Shown here piece by piece: positions 1-8,364 of a stretch of DNA of 55,721 bases. The translations under genes and the position numbers were made by a program. The notes beneath the pieces are model-generated. The model had not been told where the DNA came from, did no database searches, and saw only the letters and a list, made by a program, of their open reading frames with translations. Position 1 is the stretch's first letter, and the number at the start of each line of letters is the position of its first letter. The DNA is from Candidatus Eiseniibacteriota bacterium (GTDB lineage Bacteria; Eisenbacteria; RBG-16-71-46), in assembly GCA_031364845.1 (NCBI GenBank), contig JANLWX010000202.1, positions 1 through 55,721 of the forward strand. Direction: 5' to 3'.

Positions 1-139
1 GCCCGGAACCGCCGTCGACCTACCGCCCAGCATCCCTACAACGGCCGATCCTACAAAACCCCGCGCCAGCTCAACTCGCGCTCAGAGGGGTGACAGAATC
101 ACTTTGGAGTTAGGGTGTCAGAATCACTCTGGACCAACA
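1..139 (+). mobile_element. Probable 3' end of an ISNCY/IS1202-like insertion sequence (transposase C-terminus plus terminal repeats)
   Basis: Frame +1 reads ARNRRRPTAQHPYNGRSYKTPRQLNSRSEG* (TGA 91-93), resembling the 'P..HPW' C-terminal motif of ISNCY/IS1202 transposases. Two near-identical 21-bp direct repeats follow (88-108, 113-133), then CCAACA (5'-TGT on the other strand). Confidence 0.55.
88..133. repeat. Tandem 21-bp imperfect direct repeat, 25-bp period
   Basis: GGGTGACAGAATCACTTTGGA vs GGGTGTCAGAATCACTCTGGA, 19/21 identical. Confidence 0.9.
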
Positions 140-173
140 GAGATTAGTTTGCGAGATGTAGAGAAGACGACAA

Positions 174-1073
174 CTATCGATGCGTTACCGGAAGCGCAAC
201 CAGCGTGATGGTGGCCGCGAGTGCGGCGACGAGGCCCGCGTATCCGAGGCCGATCGCGAGCCGCTCGCCGGATGACGCGCGATCGTATCCAGGGACGGGA
301 TGACGCCAGCGCCGGATCAGCGTCCACAGCCCCACGAGCAGAACGAGCAACAGAATCGGAGAGCGCAGCACCACGAGAGCCGCGATGCCGACCGCATAGC
401 CCGCGATCCAGTAGCGGCGCGAGAAGATGCCGGCGATGCGGCCGCCGTCGAGCGGCGACACGGGAATCAGATTGAACAGATTGAGCATCGCGCCGACATG
501 GCCGAGTGCCACCAGCAGCGGCGAATGCATGAGCAGGCCGGCCGCGAGCACCGCCCACGCTCCGAGTGATCCGAGGATCGGTCCGCCGATCGCGACCCGC
601 GCCTCGACCGCAGCATCGCGCGGTCGTCCCTGCATCGCGATGAACGCGCCGACGAACGGAATGAAGACCGGAGCGCCCGCGGGAATGCCCTCACGCCGCA
701 GCACGATCGCGTGGCCCAGTTCGTGGATGAAGATGAGGATCACGAATCCCGCCGCGAACGACCATCCCCATTGGGTGGCGTAGACGCCGACGGACAGCGC
801 CATGGTCGCGAGTGTTTTGAACTTGAGGACACCGGCGAGCACGCCGAGGAACTTGAGCTTGCCCGTGAGGAACACGAGCACTCCGAGCGCACCGGCGATC
901 GCGGTGTTGCGCGTGCGGTGAGGGTGCGCATGTGGCGGGAGATCGGAGGGTGCCGGAGCAACGGGGCGACTCAGACTTTCGTAGACCGCGCGCAGATGCT
1001 CGGCGTGCGCTGCGTTCGGATCCCGTTCGCGCGGCGGTTGCGCGGGCGGTGGTGCGGATTCGTCGCGACTCAT
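174..1073 (-). CDS. Site-2 protease (peptidase M50) family intramembrane zinc metalloprotease
   Basis: HELGH zinc motif, GGP motif, NLIPVSPLDGG motif and several hydrophobic helices; ATGA overlap with the upstream gene. Confidence 0.92.
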   Translation of the reverse strand: MSRDESAPPPAQPPRERDPNAAHAEHLRAVYESLSRPVAPAPSDLPPHAHPHRTRNTAIAGALGVLVFLTGKLKFLGVLAGVLKFKTLATMALSVGVYATQWGWSFAAGFVILIFIHELGHAIVLRREGIPAGAPVFIPFVGAFIAMQGRPRDAAVEARVAIGGPILGSLGAWAVLAAGLLMHSPLLVALGHVGAMLNLFNLIPVSPLDGGRIAGIFSRRYWIAGYAVGIAALVVLRSPILLLVLLVGLWTLIRRWRHPVPGYDRASSGERLAIGLGYAGLVAALAATITLVALPVTHR

Positions 1074-1690
1074 GTCTTAGGACTTTGCGGGCTGCCCGGC
1101 AGCGACAACGGTCGCGGGATCGACCACGCCTGATATACCGCGATGCCGAGGAACACGACGTCCATGATGCCGAAGTTGCCGGAGACCACCTTCACGAACA
1201 GGTCGAATGATGCAGGGGGCACCCCGATTCGGAATGCGTCGCCGCGCGCCGCCAGTTGCTGGTTGATGAACGTCATGTTCACGAGATAGGTGGCGGCTGC
1301 GAAACTCGCGAGCGCGACGATTACGCACAGGCCCTGCATTCCCGCCGAGCGTTTGCCGCCGGCGAACCTCACCGCCCCCCATCCGACCAGGTACCCGATC
1401 GCGACCGCGATCAGGCCGAACCCGATGTGGGTGAGGACTGTGAATCCCCACCACACAAGAGCACCCGCCGCTCCACCGAGAACCGCGCCGAGCGTGGCCA
1501 TGGCGTAGGGGATGTCGCTCGATTGTTCCCGGACGGCGTGACGCACCTCTTCGCTCAAGGCTTCGTAGCACGCCCTGCAGAACACGCGGTCGCCGGCGAC
1601 GACCCGGTCGCTCGCCGTCAACGGACGGTTGCAGCGATCGCACACCTGCGTCTCGGCAGTGAGCGGTGCGTCGCCAGCGGCCGACTTCAC
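1070..1690 (-). CDS. Membrane protein with N-terminal Cys4 zinc-finger-like motif
   Basis: CDRC...CRAC near the N-terminus, then about 4 TM segments; GTG start overlaps the ribA stop. Confidence 0.75.
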   Translation of the reverse strand: MKSAAGDAPLTAETQVCDRCNRPLTASDRVVAGDRVFCRACYEALSEEVRHAVREQSSDIPYAMATLGAVLGGAAGALVWWGFTVLTHIGFGLIAVAIGYLVGWGAVRFAGGKRSAGMQGLCVIVALASFAAATYLVNMTFINQQLAARGDAFRIGVPPASFDLFVKVVSGNFGIMDVVFLGIAVYQAWSIPRPLSLPGSPQSPKT

Positions 1691-2463
1691 GACGGCGCGC
1701 CTGCCACGCGCACCGGCTCGCCCTGCTCCGCCAGGTGCGGCTTGCCCTCCGGGTCGAGCAGGTGCCCCGACTTGTCCCGCTTGGTCTCGAGATAGAAGCG
1801 GTTGTGATCGTTGGGTGGGATCACGTGCGGCAGCCGCTGCGAGATCTTCACACCGTAGCGGGCGAGTTCGTCGACCTTGCGCGGGTTGTTGGTGAGCAAC
1901 TGGATCGAACGGATGCGAAGGCTGTGCAGCATGTGCGCCGCGATCGAGTATTCGCGCTCGTCATCCCGGAAGCCGAGCGCAAGATTGGCTTCGACCGTGT
2001 CGAGCCCGCGATCCTGAAGTCCGTAGGCCCTCAGCTTGTTGAGCAACCCGATGCCGCGTCCTTCCTGACGCAGATACAGCACCAGGCCATTCTCGTGACT
2101 CGCGATCGTCCGCAGCGCGCTCTCGAGCTGGTCGCGGCAGTCGCATCGCAACGAGCCGATCGCGTCGCCGGTCAAACACTCCGAGTGGACGCGCACGGGT
2201 ACGTCGTCGCGTCCGATCACATTGCCGTGCATGATCGCGATGTGCTCCTTGCCGTCGCGGTTGTTCCAGAACGCGAGGACCTGGAATTTGCCGAAGCGCG
2301 TGGGAAGTTCGGCGATGGCGACGATCTTCACGCAGATCTGGTTCTCGCCTACGCCCGGGCACTCGTGATCGGCTTCACGCTCGAGGATCTCGTCGATCTG
2401 TTCATGGGTGAGCGACACTGGCATCTCCTTGGTGATTCGTGTGGCGTCCGGCACGGTTCTCAC
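1687..2463 (-). CDS. ribA: GTP cyclohydrolase II (stand-alone)
   Basis: RVHSECLTGDAIGSLRCDC zinc ligands, QEGRGIGL, NKLRAYGLQD, LLTNNP and YLETKRDKSGH motifs. GTG start overlaps the upstream stop; the true start could be slightly downstream. Confidence 0.95.
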   Translation of the reverse strand: MRTVPDATRITKEMPVSLTHEQIDEILEREADHECPGVGENQICVKIVAIAELPTRFGKFQVLAFWNNRDGKEHIAIMHGNVIGRDDVPVRVHSECLTGDAIGSLRCDCRDQLESALRTIASHENGLVLYLRQEGRGIGLLNKLRAYGLQDRGLDTVEANLALGFRDDEREYSIAAHMLHSLRIRSIQLLTNNPRKVDELARYGVKISQRLPHVIPPNDHNRFYLETKRDKSGHLLDPEGKPHLAEQGEPVRVAGAPS

Positions 2464-3509
2464 CCGGGACGTCGATCTGCGATCAGTCGTTCAGCGAGGG
2501 CGATGCCCGAGAGATAGGCACCCTCGATTCCGCCCGCAGAATGGAACCCGTCTCCGGCGATTCCCAGCAGAGCGCCGTCGCCGATCGTCACGGTGAGGGG
2601 CTGCGCGAGTTCCGAACCCGCGTCCACACGCGCCCATCTCCAGGAGTGTGACTGAACGAGATCCGGCGCGGCAATCCAATCTCCATGGAGCGCTGCGGCC
2701 GACTGAATCAGGGCGCGGGTCCACTTCTCGACGGGTTCCACGAGGTGCGCTCTCGAAAACGCCGCCCGCGACTGGAACACGAGCGTGAGACGCGCGCCGC
2801 GCGCCCGCTTGCTCGAATCGTGAAAGATGCTCTGCAACGCGGGGCTCGTGCGAGGGAAGCTCGCCTGCCAATCGGGTGGTGTCGTGCCGACCTTATAGCG
2901 TGCGATCACGGTCAGGCATGGAAGTGCGCGAACCAGATCGATGAGTGGAAGGACGGCGGCAATCTCTTCGGGGAGCGGTGTCATCTGGCGCAGCAACGCG
3001 GCCACGGCCGGCGCCGGCATCGTCAGCGCGACCTGATCGCAGCGCACGGTTTCTCCGGTGGCCATCGTCAACGCCCAGCGGGAACCGAGCGCGGATGCGG
3101 GATCGATGAGGCGCAGGGCTTTGACTTCCGCTTCCGTGCGGACATCCAGTCCCGCCGAGAGGTGATTCGCGAAGCGATTCACGCCGTGGCCGAATGCCAC
3201 GCGCCGGTCGCGCGCATCGAATGCCTCCGGCCGGCACGGTGTGCCATCGCCCACCCTCAGGCTGGGCCATTCGGGCACGAGCACGATGTCGTCGACGCGA
3301 TCGAGCTCCGCGAGAAATCGTCCAGACCGGCCGTGGATGCACGCGACGCCGTGGTCGACCGGCTGGCCCTCGATCCGCCGCGTGGCGCAGCGCCCGCCCA
3401 GACCGCGGGAGCGCTCGAGCACGATCGGGGAGCGGCCATGCGCCTTGAGCTCTCGCGCCAGCGCGAGGCCCGCCACCCCCGCTCCGATGACGACGACGTC
3501 AGCCGGCAT
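2460..3509 (-). CDS. Renalase-like NAD(P)/FAD-dependent oxidoreductase
   Basis: VIGAGVAGL Rossmann motif, ERSRGLGGRCATRR, DHG, HSWRWA and C-terminal GDG...IEGAYLSG. Confidence 0.88.
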   Translation of the reverse strand: MPADVVVIGAGVAGLALARELKAHGRSPIVLERSRGLGGRCATRRIEGQPVDHGVACIHGRSGRFLAELDRVDDIVLVPEWPSLRVGDGTPCRPEAFDARDRRVAFGHGVNRFANHLSAGLDVRTEAEVKALRLIDPASALGSRWALTMATGETVRCDQVALTMPAPAVAALLRQMTPLPEEIAAVLPLIDLVRALPCLTVIARYKVGTTPPDWQASFPRTSPALQSIFHDSSKRARGARLTLVFQSRAAFSRAHLVEPVEKWTRALIQSAAALHGDWIAAPDLVQSHSWRWARVDAGSELAQPLTVTIGDGALLGIAGDGFHSAGGIEGAYLSGIALAERLIADRRPG

Positions 3510-3539
3510 GCGGGATCGTGGAGTCGCAGACCCGCATGT

Positions 3540-4484
3540 TCAAAGCCCCGAATTGAGCCGGGCTTCGAGTGCTGCGAGCGATTCGAGTCGCAGCACTCCC
3601 TTGACGCCAGGCGGCGCCCCGGCGCCGCCGACCCACAGTGGGGTGCGATGCGGCAGCGTCTCGCGCAGCATCGCGAGCGCCTTCGCGGCGCGCGGGAGCG
3701 GGATCGCGGCCGAGACACTGATCGCCACCACCTCGGCGGCTCCGTCCCGCACCGCCGCCACGACCTGATCGATTGGGGTGTTGACTCCCAGATAGACGAC
3801 GCGCCAGTTCCGCACCGCCATCAGCACACACGCCATCAGCAAGCCGCCGTCATGCGCGTCACCGGGCAACGCGGCGGCCGCGATGCGCGGCCCCTGCGCC
3901 CTGTGATCGTAGGGTTCGCGCACCTCGCGCAGAAAGTCCGAGAGGCATGCCGAAGCGAGGTGTTCATGGCGGATGTCCAGCGTTCCGTTGCGCCATGCGC
4001 TTCCGACCTCGGTCATGAATGCCCCGGCGCACTCCTCGAGGAAGCGCAGCGGCCCGAGCCTGGCCCAGTGGTTCCGAAATTCACGCATCAGCGATTCACG
4101 ATCGAGATCCGCCGCCGCGCGGATCATGTCGTCCAGTGCGGGAGGGAGCGATGCAGACTCCATCGAGGAAGTCCCGGTCGCCCGCACGGCCGCGGGCTCC
4201 GAGAGCGCCAGCATCGAATCGAGTTCGCGCACCGAGAGGCCGACGATCTCGCCGGGACGGTGGCCGTGGTTCAACAACCGGCTCACACGACGCAGCTGTT
4301 CGACCGACGCGGCGGGATAGAGCCGGTGCCCGGACGGCTTCCGCTCCGGTTGCGGGGCGCCGTACCGGCGTTCCCAGGTGCGCAGGGTCTCGACCGGAAT
4401 GTTCGTCGCCCGCGACAGGGCTCCGATCGTGAGTGGCCCTGAGCCCGGTGCGGAACGCATGGGGCTGGACTTCCTGGCAGTCAT
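3540..4484 (-). CDS. carH: MerR-family cobalamin (AdoB12)-binding photoreceptor/repressor, CarH/LitR type
   Basis: MerR HTH (TIGALSRATNIPVETLRTWERRYG...SGHRLY), W-x9-EH motif (WRNGTLDIRHEH), B12 motif DAHDGG, YLG.NTP and VGG. Start set at ATG 4484 (alternative 4460), not the ORF-track 4832. Confidence 0.88.
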   Translation of the reverse strand: MTARKSSPMRSAPGSGPLTIGALSRATNIPVETLRTWERRYGAPQPERKPSGHRLYPAASVEQLRRVSRLLNHGHRPGEIVGLSVRELDSMLALSEPAAVRATGTSSMESASLPPALDDMIRAAADLDRESLMREFRNHWARLGPLRFLEECAGAFMTEVGSAWRNGTLDIRHEHLASACLSDFLREVREPYDHRAQGPRIAAAALPGDAHDGGLLMACVLMAVRNWRVVYLGVNTPIDQVVAAVRDGAAEVVAISVSAAIPLPRAAKALAMLRETLPHRTPLWVGGAGAPPGVKGVLRLESLAALEARLNSGL

Positions 4485-4599
4485 CCTGAGGGTCGCTCCA
4501 GACGCGCGAGGCGCGGAAGGGGTGAAGTCATGCCGCATGATACCCAACGATGGGCCCGAGTGCCCGACTCCGCCGATCACGCTCCGATCAGATGAACTG

Positions 4600-4705
4600 G
4601 ATTTGAATAAGATGCATGATCGAATCAGAGCCTTCAATAGCCAAAATCCGCGAATCATCAAGTAATAAACAAACCTATTCGTTATCTGTTCAAATCTTGA
4701 ACCCC
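4600..4705. promoter_or_regulatory. AT-rich divergent promoter region with candidate CarH operator
   Basis: Markedly AT-rich stretch between divergent genes. Contains the perfect inverted repeat GTTCAA-ATC-TTGAAC (4688-4702) and TnnACA-like hexamers (TAAACA 4666-4671; TGAACA on the minus strand, 4687-4692). Confidence 0.55.
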
Positions 4706-4822
4706 ACACGGGCACGGCCCATCGACACTCACTGAGTCCGCTGGAAGCGCCAGCGACGCAGTCCTCCCGAGGGGTGTGGCATCGCGGCCCGCAACCGCCG
4801 GGAACAGTCCAAGGAGACTTCA

Positions 4823-5512
4823 ATGTCGACACTCAAGATGTTCGCCCTCGGCACCCTCGCGCTGGTCGCGGCCGGCGCGGTCACGGGCTGCAGCGATGAC
4901 AACAACAATCCGGTGGCGCCTGCCGTGCAGGCGCGCGTGATGGCGGTGCATGCTTCTCCCAACGCTCCGGGTGTGGACCTGCTAGTGGACGGAGTGGTCG
5001 CCGGGACCGGGCTTGCGTTCCCCAACAACACGGCGTACTTGAACGTGGCGGGCGGAACGCGCAACGTGAAGGTCAATGTCACGGGGACCAGCACGACCGT
5101 CATCGATGCTAATGTTCCGGTCGTTGGAGGTTCGAACTACACCGTGATCGCGTGTGACTCGGTTTCGAAGATCGGCGCGATTGTGCTCACCGACAATCTG
5201 GCCGCTCCGGCCGCGGGCAAGGCGCACGTTCGCTTCGTCCACCTTTCGCCGAACGCGCCGGCGGTCGATGTGGCCGTGGCCGGCGGACCGGTGGTGTTCG
5301 CGAACACGTCGTTCAAGGGATTCACGGCGTTCACGCCGGTTGATGCCGGGACCTACGACTTCGAGGTGCGCCTCGCGGGCACCGGCACGGTGGCGCTGCC
5401 GGTCAACGGCGTCACTCTGACGGCGGGCAAGATCTACACGGTCTTCGCGAAAGGCTTCGCGGGCGGCTCGGGCGCGCAGGCGCTGGGAGCCCAGATTATC
5501 GTCAACAACTGA
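4823..5512 (+). CDS. DUF4397-domain lipoprotein
   Basis: RBS AAGGAG; lipobox-like VTGC; two repeats of RV/F.H.SPNAP.VD. Confidence 0.85.
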   Translation: MSTLKMFALGTLALVAAGAVTGCSDDNNNPVAPAVQARVMAVHASPNAPGVDLLVDGVVAGTGLAFPNNTAYLNVAGGTRNVKVNVTGTSTTVIDANVPVVGGSNYTVIACDSVSKIGAIVLTDNLAAPAAGKAHVRFVHLSPNAPAVDVAVAGGPVVFANTSFKGFTAFTPVDAGTYDFEVRLAGTGTVALPVNGVTLTAGKIYTVFAKGFAGGSGAQALGAQIIVNN

Positions 5513-5579
5513 CCTTCGGGGTCGCGCGACGCATCTCAGGCGCTCGCGCGACCTCCACGGTCTCGGAGCAACCACCGTC

Positions 5580-6086
5580 ATGGTCCATGATCAGATCGTC
5601 GTAAGCGCACCCGCAGCCGCCGCGGTTCCACGGTTCGGCCAGCATGTCATCGAGGCCGAACAGCGCGTCCGCGCGGATCTCGAGGAAACCTTCGCTTTCT
5701 TCGCGGACGCCGCCAATCTTGAGGGCATCACGCCGCCGTTTCTCGGATTCTCGATTCTGACTCCGTTGCCGATCGTGATGCGCGAGGGCGCGCTGATCGA
5801 GTACCGCTTGAAGTTGATGGGCGTGCCACTCGGCTGGCTGACCCGGATCGAGTCATGGGTTCCCAATGTTTCATTCACGGATGTCCAGTTGCGCGGGCCG
5901 TACGCCCACTGGGTGCACACGCACCGGTTCGAGCGCGTGAGCGGAGGCACCCTGGTGCGCGATCGGGTCCAGTACGCGCTGCCGTTGTCCCCGCTCTCCG
6001 AACCGTTCCATCCCTGGTTCGTGCGACCGATGGTCGAGCGCATCTTCAGCTACCGGCGCTCCGCCATCGCACAGTTGCTCGGATGA
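5580..6086 (+). CDS. SRPBCC (START-like) family protein
   Basis: FFADAANLEGITPP, FTDVQLRGPYAHWVHTHRF and IFSYR motifs. Confidence 0.85.
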   Translation: MVHDQIVVSAPAAAAVPRFGQHVIEAEQRVRADLEETFAFFADAANLEGITPPFLGFSILTPLPIVMREGALIEYRLKLMGVPLGWLTRIESWVPNVSFTDVQLRGPYAHWVHTHRFERVSGGTLVRDRVQYALPLSPLSEPFHPWFVRPMVERIFSYRRSAIAQLLG

Positions 6087-7603
6087 GCGAAGACAACAGC
6101 CGGGCCGCCTTGGACCGGGACGAACGCCCGATCGTCCTTGTCACCGGAGCCAGTGGATACGTCGGCGGGCGGCTGGTGCCGGCGCTGGAATCACGGGGCG
6201 TGCGGGTGCGATGCATGGCGCGAGTGCCCGAGTATCTGAAACGCCGGGTGGGAGCCGGGACCGAAGTCGTGGCCGGCGATGTGCTGGATGCCACCTCGCT
6301 CGCCGCCGCGCTGGCCGATGTCGAGACCGCCTACTACCTGGTGCATTCCCTCGGCTCGGGAGCGGATTTCGAATCGGAGGAGAGCCGCAGCGCGCACAAT
6401 TTCGCCCAGGCGGCGCGCGTGGCGGGTGTGCGTCGCATCATCTATCTGGGCGGTCTGGGGAGCGACGAAACGAACCTGTCGCCCCACCTGCGCAGCCGGC
6501 GTGAAGTCGGGCGTATCTTGAGAGAGTCCGGAGTCGCGGCCATCGAACTGCGCGCCTCGATCGTCATTGGGTCGGGTAGCGTTTCGTTCGAGATGATCCG
6601 CGCCCTGGTCGAACGCCTTCCCGCCATGATCACGCCACGCTGGGTGAGCGTCATCGCCCAACCGATCGCGATCGAAGATCTGATCGAATATCTGACGGCT
6701 TCGCTCGATCTACCGCTCGCGGGGAGCCGGGTGTTCGAAATCGGAGGGGCGGACCGCGTTTCGTACCGGGAGATGATGCGCGAGTACGCCCGGCAGCGCG
6801 GCCTCAAGCGCATGATGGTTCCGGTCCCGTTCCTGACGCCGCGCCTGTCGAGCCTGTGGCTCGGGCTCGTGACGCCGGTCTATGCGCGCATCGGCCGCAA
6901 GCTGGTCGACAGCATCACGAACCCGACCGTGGTCACCGATGACACCGCACTGAGCGAGTTCAGCGTGCGTCCGATGGGAATGGGTTCCGCGATCGCGACC
7001 GCGCTGCGCAACGAGGACCGCGACTTCTCGGTCACCCGCTGGTTCGACGCGGTGTCTTCGGCCGGTCCCATGAAGAGCTGGGCCGGGGTGCGATTCGGCA
7101 ATCGAATCCTCGACGCCCGGTCGCGCGATGTCGCCGTTGGTCCGCGCGAGGCGTTCGCGCCGATCGCTCGGATCGGTGGCGACACCGGATGGTATGCCTA
7201 CGACTGGATGTGGCGGCTGCGGGGGTGGGTGGATCTGCTGCTCGGTGGCGTGGGCATGCGCCGCCGCCGGCCCGAAGCCGCACGGTTGCACCCCGGTGCC
7301 GCGATCGACTTCTGGCGCGTGGAGCGCTTCGAGGACGGCAAGATGATGCGTTTGTCCGCCGAGATGAAGCTTCACGGCCGCGCGTGGCTCGAGTTCGAAG
7401 TCATTCCGCGCGGCGATCACGCGACCATCCGCCAGACGGCCATGTTCGATCCGGTCGGGCTTGGCGGACTGCTCTACTGGTATCTGCTCTATCCGATTCA
7501 TCGGCTGATATTCGACGGCATGCTCGGTGCGATCGCGAAGGCGGCGGTCGCCGGGAGCCGATCGTCTTTGGGCACAGGGATCAAACCACAGGAGAAACGA
7601 TGA
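6083..7603 (+). CDS. Atypical SDR/NAD-dependent epimerase with C-terminal DUF2867 (YbjT-like)
   Basis: LVTGASGYVGG, YYLVHSL, HLRSRREV, IGSGSVSFE; C-terminal IGGDTGWY...DFWRV...AEMKL.G.AWLEF. ATG 6083 overlaps the upstream stop. Confidence 0.9.
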   Translation: MSEDNSRAALDRDERPIVLVTGASGYVGGRLVPALESRGVRVRCMARVPEYLKRRVGAGTEVVAGDVLDATSLAAALADVETAYYLVHSLGSGADFESEESRSAHNFAQAARVAGVRRIIYLGGLGSDETNLSPHLRSRREVGRILRESGVAAIELRASIVIGSGSVSFEMIRALVERLPAMITPRWVSVIAQPIAIEDLIEYLTASLDLPLAGSRVFEIGGADRVSYREMMREYARQRGLKRMMVPVPFLTPRLSSLWLGLVTPVYARIGRKLVDSITNPTVVTDDTALSEFSVRPMGMGSAIATALRNEDRDFSVTRWFDAVSSAGPMKSWAGVRFGNRILDARSRDVAVGPREAFAPIARIGGDTGWYAYDWMWRLRGWVDLLLGGVGMRRRRPEAARLHPGAAIDFWRVERFEDGKMMRLSAEMKLHGRAWLEFEVIPRGDHATIRQTAMFDPVGLGGLLYWYLLYPIHRLIFDGMLGAIAKAAVAGSRSSLGTGIKPQEKR

Positions 7604-8193
7604 CACGGGCGTTGTGGGTTGGGGTTGCGCTGACGGTCGGGCTCGCGGCCACCGGGGCATCGGGAACATCAGCAAAGGGCAAGGCCGCAGGAGGCAAGCC
7701 ACTGATCATGCAAGGCATCCACGCGTTTCGTGTCACCACGATCGATGGCGAGGTCAAATCGCTCTCTGAATACCGGGGCAAGGCGGTGTTGATCGTCAAC
7801 ACGGCATCGCGCTGCGGTTTCACTTCGCAATACGAATCGCTCGAGACACTCTACAGCAAGTACAAAGATCGCGGGTTTGAGGTGCTCGCGTTTCCCGCGA
7901 ACAACTTCATGAATCAGGAACCGGGAACCAACGAGCAGATCAAGGAGTTCTGCCGGCTCAAGTTTGGAACGACCCTGCCACTCTTCGAGAAGATCAGCGT
8001 CAAGGGCAAGGACATAGCACCCCTGTATGCCTACCTCACCCGGGAGTCGCCGTTCCCGGGCGAAGTCCCGTGGAACTTCACCAAGTTCCTGATCGGGCCC
8101 GACGGCCGCGTCGTCGCGCGCTTCGATCCCAAGGTCGATCCTCTCGCGAAGGCCGTGACGGACAAGCTCGAAGGAGTGCTGCGGGCGCGGTGA
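7600..8193 (+). CDS. Cys-type glutathione peroxidase with N-terminal signal peptide
   Basis: NTASRCGFTSQY, FPANNFMNQEP and WNFTKFL motifs; RBS GGAG; ATGA overlap. Confidence 0.92.
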   Translation: MTRALWVGVALTVGLAATGASGTSAKGKAAGGKPLIMQGIHAFRVTTIDGEVKSLSEYRGKAVLIVNTASRCGFTSQYESLETLYSKYKDRGFEVLAFPANNFMNQEPGTNEQIKEFCRLKFGTTLPLFEKISVKGKDIAPLYAYLTRESPFPGEVPWNFTKFLIGPDGRVVARFDPKVDPLAKAVTDKLEGVLRAR

Positions 8194-8364
8194 GGCCATG
8201 GCGGCAGCGGCGCGCCGTTGCCGGCCCGGGGGATGGACCGGGAGAGTGTCGTGAGCCCTGTGTCCAACCTCACCGGTCCCACGTGTGTACTTGCTGCGGG
8301 GGCTCATCGCGAGTGCTAGACTCGCGCTGAGCCACGTCGCACAACGTCCCCGTGGGAGTCCAGC

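Noticed and set aside
88..133. Direct repeats as a CRISPR array
   Set aside because: Only two units separated by 4 bp, with no spacers or cas genes; they fit an IS end better.
1687..2520. FMN riboswitch before ribA, or cobalamin riboswitch near carH
   Set aside because: ribA overlaps the upstream gene with no leader, and no B12-box or RFN consensus was recognised.
4485..4832. N-terminal extension of the CarH ORF (430 aa in the ORF track)
   Set aside because: It spans the AT-rich divergent promoter and overlaps the opposite gene start; the MerR domain begins near 4440.
7600..8193. Selenocysteine in the glutathione peroxidase
   Set aside because: The active-site codon is TGC (Cys) and there is no in-frame TGA.
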